A DNA stretch of 64,000 bases, taken from contig QPGO01000002.1 in the NCBI GenBank assembly GCA_008632985.1, positions 310,001 to 374,000 of the forward strand. The letters are read 5' to 3'. The DNA comes from Psammoneis japonica. Its lineage: Eukaryota. The notes below the pieces were generated by a model. That model was not told the origin of the DNA and did no database searches. It was given only the letters and a program-made list of their open reading frames with translations. Below, in pieces: positions 25,435 through 37,899 of this stretch (position 1 is the stretch's first letter; each line of letters opens with the position of its first letter). The translations under genes were made by a program, and so were the position numbers.

Positions 25435-26418
25435 ATACGCAGAGCAAGTTTAAGATCGCGCATGCCCTTTTCGTTCTATCGAAAGCTGCCGAAAACTCTC
25501 GTGGAGGGAATGTGTGAATCGTAGGCTGAAGCGCTTGGTGTTGTAGCCACGGTATTTGTGGCTTGTATCAGCATCTGTTATGGCTAAAATAGGGAAATCT
25601 ATTGTAGCCCTAATCATCACATGCTAGTTTTGTTAGTGTTTTAGAGTAACCTGTCGAGCAATGCAAGCCATTCAGCAGATGTTCGAAAAATCGGGTCTTT
25701 GATATCGTTTCTGTCAGCTCCGCTAAAATGATGGGCGTTTCTCGATTCTGGTTGATGCGGAGGCACCGACTGGCCGGTTCCAACGTCGTTGTGGAGACCT
25801 GTTGAAACATTTGCTACTGAAAGCTTTTGACCTCCTCTGTTTCTTTTCCACGTTGATCCCATGTTGCCGAATGCCTTCCTGACCTCATTCCTGAGTACGT
25901 CATTTTTCGTGAGAAACATGAGGCGCGGATGGATAAGATCGGAGTGTTGGTATGCCATGTGAACCGCCCACATCCGAAAAATCAAGCACGTGTTGGTATG
26001 CCATGTGAACCACCCACATCCGAAAAATCAAGCACGTGTTGGCGATGTATTGTTATTATTTAGGGAAGGAGATTGGTGCTATCGCCCATCCGCGGGTTGC
26101 GAAAGCGCGAGATCGCAACCAACACAACACACGAACGAGAGAATTCAGCACAACATGCTGAGAGATTCAGAGCGACAATAAGATTGCCCAAACAGTGTAG
26201 TGCTTCCAACTTGGAAGACAGAACTCTTCTAACCCTTTTTTGTTGGAGTCAAGAAGCAAACGGCCCACATTTAGAGGTAAGATCATTAAAAAGGAAGGTT
26301 CGAAAATGTTCATGACACAAGGAAGACTTACCCGCTCTGAAACGATTCTTTCTACATGCTTCCTGCTGTCTCTAGAGGTAGTAGGGAGCAAGACGATGGC
26401 ATAAACCGGCAAATCGAG

Positions 26419-29400
26419 TCAAGCACTCGACGACTTGGGGTTATAACAATAATCACGGCCAGGAAAGCCCAACCCTTGACAGCCAGGCACATGCTCCTGG
26501 GCAGATCGCCGAAAGCATTTCAAGCCAATGGCAACGTCACAGTCGCCATTCTTATCACAGTCTCCTATGTGTTCATGTGGATAAACGGTTAGATATGGTG
26601 CTCTGCTGTTGTTATTTGCAAGAGTCAAAGCCACGGCTCGCTCACCTTCGCAGCTCTGAAGCGGATACGCCGACGCCGGGATCCCATTGTTTCCCGCAGT
26701 GCGCAATTCTGTCTTGGGTTGTCTATAGCAAAAATCTGCTCCGTATCGTGACCTTCCGACACATCCTGGGACTGGATCATCTCCTTTTCGCGCAAAACAT
26801 TTTAACCCCGGCTCACCTATTTCAAACAAGCAAAACGACGCCAAAACAAACATTTGGAGCAAAAGAGAAATTGAGAAAGAAGCAAAGCCAGTTATAAAAA
26901 ACAACAAAAACGATCGCGCTCTTACATTCATCATCTCGGTCGCAGTCTCCCTCGCAGATTCCCAGATGAGTGCCGGGGCTGACATTCTTTCCCTTGAACT
27001 TTAGCGCCGGTAATGTTGACGGAACGGATGGGTCGGGCGTACCGATAGCACTCGTCGGCGAGCTTGTTGCTACTGTTACGGTGGATGTTAGCGTTGGCAT
27101 TGCGGTCGAATAATCTGAAAGCTCTTGGGTAACAACTGGAGTAGGTGAGGTAGTCGGGGATTGAGTCGAACCAGTGGTTGGCATTGGCGATGGGAGTTCT
27201 GTTGGGTGTGACGACGGCGTGGCTGTTGGATCCTCAGTCAGTTTCATTGTTGGAAATGACGACGGCATGGATGTTGGATCGTCTGTCGGTTTAGCTGTTG
27301 GAGATGACGACGGTGCAGACGTGGGCACATTTGAAGGATGATGTGATGGGACGTCTGTAGTTTGCGTCTTTTCATTCAATTTCGGCTCAGGGGTTTGTAG
27401 TGAAGACGGATTAAGAAAGCTAAGATCGTAGCAATAATTCCTCTTCTTGACTCCCTCTCCAGAGCACCCGGGGACGCTCTCGAACCCAGATCTCCGAAAG
27501 CATTTAAGAGCACCCTTGCAGTGTTTATGCTTGGTGCAGCTAATTAGGAAAAGAGCGCCATATCGTGAGATTTGTGCCCATGTCAAGAACACGGACCGGA
27601 AAGAATTTTGTGGACTCACCTTCCCTGACACACCTTTAACGGCAGGTGGTCAGTAATATTGCCAACAACCTTAAGAGAAGGAAGATCTGCCAGAACAAAT
27701 GGGGATGCAAAAGCAGGGACAGGCGTCGGGTTCCTAGAGGGTAAGATCGTAGAATGCGAAGGTGCTATGGTAGGAGTCTCGGTAGGGACAGATGTTGGAC
27801 TCAAGGAAGGAGCGGAAGTGGATGTCAATGTTGGCTCCTCCGATGGCCCAGCTGTGGGAAAGGATGACGGTCGAGTCGAAGGGACGTCTGAGATGATTGC
27901 TGTCGGGGATGGAGTGGTTGGATCGTAACAGACGTCCATTCCCTTCAACCCAGGTGGTACAGCGCCGCAGCCTGGTACTCTCTCTTCAACCGAGCTGCGT
28001 TTATAACAACGATACGGTCTTTTGCACTGTTTTTTCGAGTCACAGTCACCTGTACCGAGCGAAAGATTGTGAAGCAGTAGAAAGCAAAAATATCCGGGTG
28101 ATTGTGAGACATACTCTCTAGGGGAACACACAGGAACGACGTAAATCTTTTACTCGCAATCGCACGAGTTGCAACACGTTTATCATAACAGACGCTAAAA
28201 ACGGAATAAATAATGGCGGCTCACCTTGACACTTATCGAGGCTACCATCAGGAGGGTCATCGGATACAAATTGTAGACTTGGTAATGGCGGAGCTAGGAT
28301 GCCACCTGCTTCGAGTCCTTTTAGATGAGGATCAGACGAGGACGGCGTTGACGGATCCGGAGCCGTTGTCACCGCTGTTGGCGATTCGGTTGCAAACGAT
28401 GTTTGCGGTGGCGCGACGGACGGGCTCAATGACGGTGAACTCGTAGCCTGTGGAGTCGTTGTAGGTGTCTTCCATGTAATGGATTTCCTACCTTGTGGGC
28501 ACCTTCCGGGTATCGGATAGAGGCCTCCGCGCTGGTCAATGTCAAACAAAACTTCTCCCGAAGCAGGATTTTCAATGACACTAACGATAATGGGAGGTGC
28601 GAAGTCACCTGCCTCAACTTCGACCTGCAATAGCAAAGGTGTGCCGTACTCATCAATATAGTCGACGCAAAAGACGTGCCTAGCGAAAGGAAGAGAAGGA
28701 GACGTGTTGAAAAGATCCAGAAATCACATCCGGGCAAGAAGCGAGACGAACTTTCCATACCCATTTCCGTGAAGGTACATAACAGGGAGATCCGGATAGA
28801 ACTTGGCTAGAAGTCGTTGAAAAGGAGCGCCAAAGTACTTTCTCCGCGGGCCGTCCATGTCCGCGTGGCCAAAGACAACTGCTGCCTTCAACCCACCGTT
28901 CTCTTCTTTGGAATAGAAGTTTAGTCTCCCCTTTAACCATTTTACGTTTTGAGTCTATAAGGCATCGCCAGAAACAAAGTGTCAGAGTCACGGTACTTCC
29001 ACATTCCGTGGCTGCTTTGGAGAACAGGTGACCCGCTACGTACCAATCTGATGCTCTCGTCTCCCATTCCAGAGCCGCCAACGACTGGGAGGGAGCAAGA
29101 CATTCAAAGTGTGAATTCTCATCTCAGTCGTCACGCAGGAAACAACATATTTGCGTTCTGTTAGTGTCTTACCATTCAAGCCAACGAACAGTACGTTATT
29201 TAGAGCAAAGGCAAAGTTTTCAGCTCGATTCACCCCGGGAAGGCGTTCCAACCCGCTTTGGCGCTTCACCTGGACTCTACGATGAGAAAACGTTCCAAAT
29301 CCGTACTCATTATCGGGACCTATAGGAATGAGAAAGGTTGAGAAGCTTAGTTTTGTGTCATTGAGGCGACAGTCGCTACGAACACACGATTGCTGCACTC

Positions 29401-30132
29401 GCACCAAAATGATTCATCCACATTCGCCATCCCTCATCACGATCGTGACAGTCTTTCCATTCGTTGTCACCGACCACGAAGAAAGCCTCTCGAGGCTGAC
29501 AAAGAGTATGACGAGCGAAAATGATGTGAGACCGAAAGCATGACAAGTGAATCCTAGCTTGACATCAAGCCACCGTACACAGGATCGAATCTTAATCCTC
29601 GCGTATTATGTCTTACATCATAGCCAGCCGAATTGTCCGGGTGCGTAAATATTTCCGCAACGTCATTGTATGTTTCGTTGTTGCAGTCAATTTCGGACGA
29701 TCCCTTTCTAATGTCCCCAACGTGAATCATAAAAGAAGGCCCATCTTCATCCGGAGGGGTCACCTTTAATTTTTTCAATTGCTCGTTCAGACAAAAGCGC
29801 TCTGACTTGAAATATGGAATATCTCCCATAGCATAAAAGCTAACAAGTGTGTCTGGCACCACTGTTGGATCAAATGAACGCAAGTTTGCGGCGTCACAGG
29901 GAGCCGTTGGCCCGTGGTCATGAAGAAAACGGTGGGAAGTTTCATTGGAAGGCGACAAGGATGAGAAGCGAAGATTTCGTCTACTTATACTTGAGCTTTT
30001 CGGAAGAGTTGGCTCCGTCATGTTTTGTGTCCAATTCCTGTTCGCGTCCTCTCCCCCGTAAACAGCCGTCGATCTATTCATCAGCAGTGAAGCTAGAACA
30101 AAGAAAGTTTGATATGCTCGTCTTGTCGTCAT
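26419..30132 (-). CDS. Paralog B: secreted metallophosphoesterase with 4 frustulin-like Cys domains (multi-exon)
   Basis: Hydrophobic N-terminus. GDIPY / HVGDIRKG / VGDNEWKDC / VFGHA / YLHGNG motifs. CEGDCDRDDEC-type domains with PS..PT linkers; ends DYCYNPKSSSA*. Confidence 0.85.
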
Positions 30133-30387
30133 TATTTGGTGAAGCTATAGATAGACAGAGTTGTTTCGGGCGTTGATGAAGTAGCACGTTGTCCTCAACA
30201 ACTGGCTTTTGCCGCCTCATCTGCCCAACTGTTTCTTTAACTTGGACGGGACGAATTTCCAGAATGAATGAATTGGAATGAATGAACGAAGCACATACAA
30301 AATGTGAAATGACTGCAAGGGCATAAATAATGACCACGCGATTATGACCTATGACATATGCCGCCTTATCTGCAGTACTGTGTAATA

Positions 30388-30679
30388 CTACAAATTGCAA
30401 GACAATTGCGCGATTCACGTGCCCGAAGGTGGAATATCGTTGCCCGAAGCAACATTCTCCCTTCGCGCAGATGTCAATTCTACGTATGATGTGGTATCAA
30501 AATTTTCATTTTGGTCGTCATTTCATCAAATGACCTTGTGGTACTCTCCTACGTGATCTACGCAAATCGGAGCTTCGGGCTGGCTAGTACATTTTCTACA
30601 GGCTCTACGTGCGCAAAGGTCGAATTTCAACAATCACCCTTCGGGCATGTGAATCGCGCAATTGTCTTGCAATTCGTAG
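30388..30679. mobile_element. Tc1/mariner-like MITE upstream of paralog B
   Basis: ~42-bp TIRs ctacaaattgcaagacaattgcgcgattcacgtgcccgaagg / ccttcgggcatgtgaatcgcgcaattgtcttgcaattcgtag, flanked by TA on both sides. Confidence 0.85.
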
Positions 30680-31063
30680 TACCTACGTACGTACTGAACC
30701 GACCCAGCATTGATTGAGGGATAAATGACCGAAAAACTATCACAGCATATCACAGTAACTTACAGACAGACGGATGCCCAGTTAGTTCCACGCCTCTCCT
30801 CTATCTACGGTACGGTAGCGCTGCTCTCTAGAGCTAGCTCTCTAGCTACCGACATTATTGAATTTATGCTTGAGCGTTCTAGCTAGCTAGAGTAGAGAGT
30901 AGGTAGAGTTAGCAACGCAAGTTCATGTTTTCAGGGCGGGAAAGTTCAGTTAGCCCTTAGAGAGTAGAGCAACAAAAAGAGCCGTATAGTATTCGCGACA
31001 ACTGCTGTAACTCTATCCTCTATCTCTATCAGCCACGGACAGGGTTCGTAGTGGGGTCATTTA

Positions 31064-34000
31064 CTATTGCGGTGCAAAACAATCTGTTTCAAAAACCAAA
31101 CAATGGCATGGTTAGAGCATGGAGGATATGGCAAACAGAGCCGAAAAGATAAAAATGTGAAGTGACTTACAGTTTCTACCCTTGACTCCCTGTCCAAGAC
31201 AACCGGGAATTCTTTGGAATGATTTGCGCTTCCTGCACTTCAGACCGGGTCCACAGTCTTTATCTCTTCTGCAATGACCTTGACAACGTTGCAGGGGAAA
31301 CACTTTGGGAGAAGGAGTGTTCAATACATTGTTAGCAGACGTACAGTAGCTATCCCCCTTGACCCCACGGCCACGACATCCAGGTACTTTTTGAAATCCC
31401 GTGCGCTCAAAGCACACCAGGCCTTCTTGACAATGCGCATTCGATGTACAATGCCCAATGCAGTGCCCAAGCTTATGATGCGCATTTGACAACTGCTTGC
31501 TACCGGCTGACTCCAGTCTTGGAACGTTGTCGAGATTTTCTGAGTCTTTCTCTGCTGCAATTGCTGTACCGGTGGGCAGAGGTGCCATGGCCTGAGCAGT
31601 TGCAGGTGTGGGACTATTTGATGGAGTTGATGGGAAAGCAGCATCTTCCAGAGGTGGCGCAAGTATCGCGTCGAATATTTCCGGGATTTGCGTTGCTTTG
31701 TGACAATAATCTTTGTTCCATTTTCCTAATCCGGAACAACCTGGCACCGCATCGAATCCGTCACGACGGTAGCAAACAAGCCCGGACTCACACTCACCAT
31801 CGTAGTCGCAGTCGCCTTGGCATAATCCCATCTTTACACCGACTGGAGGATCATTATATTTAAAAGTTAGCTCGGGGAAGGGGCTTGGTGGCGTTGGTGG
31901 AGGAACATAGTTCGGGTCAACGCAGTAGTCTCGGTTGCGCACTCCGCCACCTTGACAACCGGGCACTACGAAAAAAATCGAGACGCATGAGGAACATTTC
32001 ATGCCATGCGCACCGAGTCAAACTCGCATAATCTTACCTGGATCGTACGAATCACGCTTGAAACAGACATATGGCTCTTTACAGTCCCGATTTCGGTCAC
32101 AATCACCTTCGCAAAGTCCCAATGATCTATTTGGTGGGTCTTCAGCAATGAATGTGAGCACTGGAAGTACAGCGTCACGAGCCGTCGGTTGTCCTGTAGG
32201 ATTTGCAGTCGTTGGAGGCGACGTCGGGCTACCGGTTGCATCGGGCGTAACTTCGGATGTACTAGGGCCCAGTGTGGCAGTCGCGTTGTGGCAGTAATCT
32301 TTGTTCCATCGTCCTAGTCCAGAACAGCCTGGCACCGGGCCGAAGCCGTCACGTTTGAAGCACACCAATCCAGGCTCACACTGGTTGTCCCTGTCGCAGT
32401 CTCCGCTGCAGAGTCCAAGTTTTTCATCATTCGGTGGATCACTGTACAAGAAGGTTAGTTCTGGGTATGGACTAGGCGGGGTTGGTGGAGGAACATAGCT
32501 CGGGTCATAACAATAATCTCTGTTCCACACACCAGGGCCAGAACATGAAGGAATTGGATCAAATCCGTCGCGTTTGTAACAGCGTAAACCAGGTTCGCAG
32601 TCTCCATTGCGGTCACAATCACCTTGACAACGACCAAGCCGAGCATCTGTGTCAAAGATATTGATTGCAATCAGTTTTAGCTCCTTTATCTCCATGTTGG
32701 CTTGTGTAGCAGAGGGTCCTGCAGTTGGAACAATCGTTGGATTTAGAGTAGACATTGACGGTTGTGAAGTTGACTTGGTTGTTTGTGTGAAGGTGGGCAT
32801 ATCTGACGGCGATAGAGAGGGCTCTAGAGTGGGCGAAGGCAAAGGTGGAACAGTTACGCTTGTTGGGGGTGGTGTTAGTTCCAATGGCGGCGCCAGAACC
32901 AGTGTCGATGGATCAAAGCAATAGTCCTTGTTTTTCTTCCCAGAGCCAGAGCAACCTGGAACTGTACAAAGAAGCGACATGAGAGGAATGCTACAATACA
33001 AGCCATGCCATGAGCCAAGAAACTTAGCATACCTTGCAAAAATCCGTCTCGTTTGAAACAGCGCAACCCGGGCTCACAGTCTCGGTTGCTATCGCAGTCG
33101 CCTGGAAGATAGAGAAGTTATACGAGTTGAGAGAGTGGACAAAGACATAATTTCGTTCTACTCCAACTTCTTGGTAGCGCACTTACCTTGACATATGCCC
33201 AGTCGAGGATCAGTGGCGAGCAAGTTGTCTACGATAATCGTAAGAACTTGAAGATCGGATGCACTGGTGTTTTGTCCCGTCGGTGACAAGGTAGTTACCT
33301 CTGTTGGGTTTGGAGTGGGGGGCTGTATTGTGGGTGGCAACGACGACACATTCGATATTGTTGTTGTCGGAGGGAGCGTTTCAAGTGGAGGCGGACGGAT
33401 GTTGAACGTCGGAGCCGTCGTCGAAATTGGAAGATACGTCGGAAGCGGAGTCGGTGAAAAGGTTGGGGTTGTCGTCGGCGCCGATGTCCACGTTTTTTCT
33501 TGGAGACCTTTGTCGCACCTTTTTGCTGGTGTTTTGGCGTACCGACCTCCTTGCCGATCAATTGTAAATCTATGCTCACCTGTGGCAACGTTGCGAAGAA
33601 CTTTTATGGATAGAGGTGGTGCGCTGCCACCGTCGTCCACCTCAACATCGGCCAAGGCAGTATTATTGAACTCTTCGATGTAATTGACACAGAAATCGTG
33701 TCCATTTCCGTGCAGATACATCACCGGAATATGCTGGTATGTTGACCCTATTAGTTGCATAAATTTCTTACCGAAAAACCTGTATCGTTTGCCGGTTAGC
33801 TGGGCGTGTCCAAAGAGCACTGCTGCCTTCATATAAAAGCCTTCCCCAGAGTAAAAGGCAAGTTTGTCTCTAACCCACTGGAAATTTTGGGTTAATCTCA
33901 CCTGTTGCGCAAATGAGCGAGAGTACAGAGACACGTTGAGAAGGATAGAGATCGCATGCGGAGCCACACAAGCTGGCTACTTTTACCTTTTCGTCAGACA

Positions 34001-36224
34001 TCTGTGGACCTCCGGGTAGATTGATCCCCATGAACAACACCTGAGAAGGAAAGATCGATCATTGTCAGCGATCAAAATATGTGAGCACTAAGATTCATAA
34101 GATAACGGACGCCACTCACCTCATTCATGTAGAAAGCAAAATTTTCGCTTCGATCCACGCCAGGTCGAAGAGTATCATTCCATTGTCGGTCTACCGTGAC
34201 TCCGTGCTCTGGCGAAAGCGTTCCAAAGCCGCTATTTGGTCCAAAGGTCTTCATCCAGAACTCCCACGCTTCATCTCTATCGGTACAGTCGGTCCACTCA
34301 TTGTCACCAACTACAAAGAACGCGTCCCGAGGATCGTAGTTAAGGGCATTACTCGTGTGTGTAAAAATCTCTGCGATATCATCAAAGGCATCCGAATCAC
34401 ATTCTGTTCCTCCGACACCTGTTATCACCGCGGATTGTGAGAAATCTTCAACAAGTCAGGTGTTTAAAGAAAAGGGCATTGCCACTCTTACCTTCTTTGA
34501 TATCTCCAACGTGAATCATAAACTGGTTTTCACTTGTATCGGGAGATAATGATACATTTCGGAGTTGCTGTTGTATTCGAAGAGGAGCAAAAAGGCGTGT
34601 TGAGCAAGGAAAAATTCGACCGGATTGTCAAGCGCACACAAAAAAAAAACGGATTGGCATTCTTACCATGTTGAGACAATATCGCTCGTCCAGGTGGTAA
34701 GGAATATCGCCTTAAAAAGAGAGTAAGAACGCAAAGCGTGAGTTGACTCCAGAGAGGCAATGTCTTCTGGAATCGAGTCTAATGGTCTCTTACCCATTGC
34801 CAAAAAGCTCACAACTGTCTCGGTTTCAACTGTGTCGTCGAAAGTGTTCAGTCGGCGTATATCGCATACCGGCAGGGTTGGGGCGGCTGTTGGCTGGAAC
34901 GTTGGGCTGCCTGTTGTCGGTGTCGAGGTGGGGCTCGAACTGGGTGACGAGCTTGGGCTTTCGCTTGCCGTTGGTGGCTTTGTAACATCCCTAAGCCCGT
35001 AAGCAACGCGTTCCGACGATGGACTCGAGGATGGCATTGCAATTGTCGGAGAATCAGACGGAGTCGATGTTTGAGCGGCCTTTGCTGATTCAATCGAGAA
35101 AGCCTTGGCATATGGTTCTATCGATGGCATAGAGCTAGGAACGGCTGTTTCCGCCTCCATGGACGGTTGAGAGCTAGGAGGCATTGTAAGTGCTGATGGT
35201 TCGTCGCTTGGACTGGCGGTGGTTGTCGATATTGACGGGGTATCACTCGGGCTGGCAGTCGTTGACGATATTGATGAGGATGAGATCGTACTGGTGCCTG
35301 TTGGCTGTATTGATGACATTGAGCTAGGCGAAGAACTGGCGACTGGCTGTACCGAAGGCGTTGCGCTAGGATTTCCCGTCGTTTGCTCTAGAGATGGAAT
35401 CGAGCTTGGACCTGTCGTCTGCGGGTCCATCGAAGGAGCGGGGGTTGGACTGCTCGTCGTTGGAGAAGAACTTGGACTGCTCGTTGTCAGATCAATTGAT
35501 GGAGTGGAGCTAGGGCTGAATGAGCTTTCCGACGTTGGTTCAAGCGATGGAACAGAGCTTGGGCTGACCGTTTGCGGTTCCATTGATGGACTAGAGCTTG
35601 GATTGTTACTGAGCTCAGTGGGTACCTCAGATGGAACAGAGGTGGGACTGGTCGTAGTTAAATTCATCGATGGCGAGGAGCTGGGGTTGAGACTGGTTGC
35701 AGCAGGCTGTGTGTTGTTGCTGACGTTGGAACAGAGCTTGGACTGCTTGTTGTAAGATCTATAGATGGCGCAGCGCTAGGACTGCCTCTTGCCAATGTTG
35801 GCTCCAGCAACGGAAATGGAACAGAGCTTGGACTGTCCGTTTGCGGTTCCTTAGATGGAAGAGAGCTTGGACTGTTCGTGGTCGGATTCATCGATGGGGT
35901 AGAGCTAGGGTTGAGAGTGGCTGTCGTTGGCTGTGTCGTAGGGGCGATAGTCGGTGCATCTGTTGACGCCAATGTTTCTGCTGCTGTCGGCATTTGGGTC
36001 GTTTGTGTTGTTGCTTCTGGAGTCGGACTGGGAGTCGTCAAAGTAGTTGTTGGTTGAGCGGTTGTTGGACTCTGAGTTTCATCAAGTTCCCTTTGACCTG
36101 AAGAGATCTCGTCGCTGTTGAAACGCTCCTCTTTGTCAACGTGGTTGATGGCCACATTTTCCTCGACGCTAACACTTTGCCTGACGAGCAAAAGGAGCAG
36201 GAGAATTGATGTACGCATTTTCAT
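31064..36224 (-). CDS. Paralog C: signal peptide, long Ser/Thr/Pro mucin-like stalk, metallophosphoesterase, 7 frustulin-like Cys domains (one apparent frameshift ~35710)
   Basis: MKMRTSILLLLLLVRQSVS, then >400 aa of PSSxPS repeats. AMG|DIPY, HVGDIKK, VGDNEWTDC, LFGHA, YLHGNGH. CQGDCDRNGDC, CSGDCDRDNQC, CEGDCDRNRDC and others. Confidence 0.82.
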
Positions 36225-37899
36225 TGCTGCTTTAGAATGATCTTGCAGAATAAGAATGTATGAATTGTGCTTTGCTTCCAACGGTAGTTGTTTGTGACGA
36301 AAGCAACAACGCTTTTCGTTCGCCACCACGGGAAATTGGATGGATTCTGCGATTTATGCGGAAGGAATTGTCAGCTTGATGTGGTACTGAGGCGACGTAG
36401 AAATCTACGCAAACTGATCAACACTACATCTGATACTTGCTAATCCCGGCAATAATCAGGATTGGAATAGGATATTCATTTACAAATATTGGATAAAAGT
36501 CACAAGGCATTGTGGTGGTTCGCTTTTTCGGATTGTTTAGGGTACCGTGACCGCATCGATATGTCAATGACACTTTTTTCATATAGCCCTTGACGAGTAT
36601 TTAACATTTCAGACATAGAAGACAGACACAGGCAAGATTTATGCCCGCGGCCTCCAATGAACGAGATGCGCCATGACGACGGCGGGATCTTCTCTGCATC
36701 CAGAATGGAAGCAGGCAAGATGGTTCTTCCCACCGTACAGTCATCCTTTGCCTTTTGTGGAGAGTTGTGAAAAAAGAGCTGTGAATGTATCAATGGGTCA
36801 AGTTATTCAGAGCAAGCGATCTTCCCGGACGGTGAAGATCTTTTCTACAGCGAAGCTGGTACAAATTGTACACAATCGATTGATGGGTCTGCTGTATCTT
36901 TACCTGCGGCTGTCGCGGAGTGCGTGGTATGTTGCAATCAAAACAACTCCACTCGGCACTTCATTATATGACTTTGCTATTTCAGGTAGTGCCATGTCTG
37001 AAGCTCTCTATGGTATAGATGACAGAGAGCCGATGATGGCTTTATACATTCCGGCCTTGTGGACAAAGGACAAATCCTTGCTTGTGGCGAGGCCCGTTAA
37101 AACGTCGCAGAAAATCGGAACGGGCACAACGGGAACAACCCATGGCTACGTATCAGCCGAGAGGGATTCACTCGAGAAGTTTTTCAGATTTACCCTTCGA
37201 CAGCAAGGGTCGAGGCATATAACACACTCAGGCTTGCTCGATTTGTTCTTGCCAAAGCACTCGAGTCGATCGAGGCATAAGAGGAGGTAGCACTGTCTTG
37301 TCACCGCAGTCTTGTCGACCTACTACAAATTTGGGTGAGAGAAACAGGGACTTGGACCTGTGGTAGCGTTTACCAAGCATCGATACATCCGAGAGAGAAA
37401 AGCTCTTGGATCAGAATCATGAGTTCATGATTGGTCTCAAGGCTGGTCCAGTGCCTTCAAAGCTTGGTTGCGGCAAAAATCGTGAAACAAGTGTTGGGCG
37501 ACTGTAATCCAAGTGACGAGCTTGGTTGTCGCGTCTTTCATCCTCGTTGTCTTCGTTGCCTCGTTCCTGCAATAGAGATTTGTGTAATCTTTTGACTAGG
37601 CCAGTCGCGTTTCTGGTAATCGGCCGAGCCAGTAATTTTGTCCTTCAAAACGTTCTGTACCTGTATAGGGCCCTACCGAAAACATGGCGACCAACACAAA
37701 AATCAACGCAAAGCACACCTTGCGGCCACTGCGTTTGTCATGAATACAAGACGAATTCGAGAGGTGGAGTTGCTGGCGGATGATTTCTTTACTTTATTAC
37801 TATTTAAAGTTTAAAGAGGCGTTAGCAAAGCTGGTATGTCTGACCCACAGCAGATGCGCGGCGAAAATGTTATTGTATTTTTCCTTATTGCTTGCAGTA

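Noticed and set aside
30780..31030. CTAG/TAGAG-rich low-complexity stretch
   Set aside because: Looks like ordinary 3' flanking sequence (similar at ~63640); no defined unit.
35219..35755. Plus-strand Gly/Val/Leu-rich ORF
   Set aside because: Antisense shadow of the Ser/Thr/Pro stalk; the same applies to similar ORFs opposite other linkers.
36673..37290. 205-aa plus-strand ORF between paralogs C and D
   Set aside because: No motif and atypical composition; cannot be supported as a gene.
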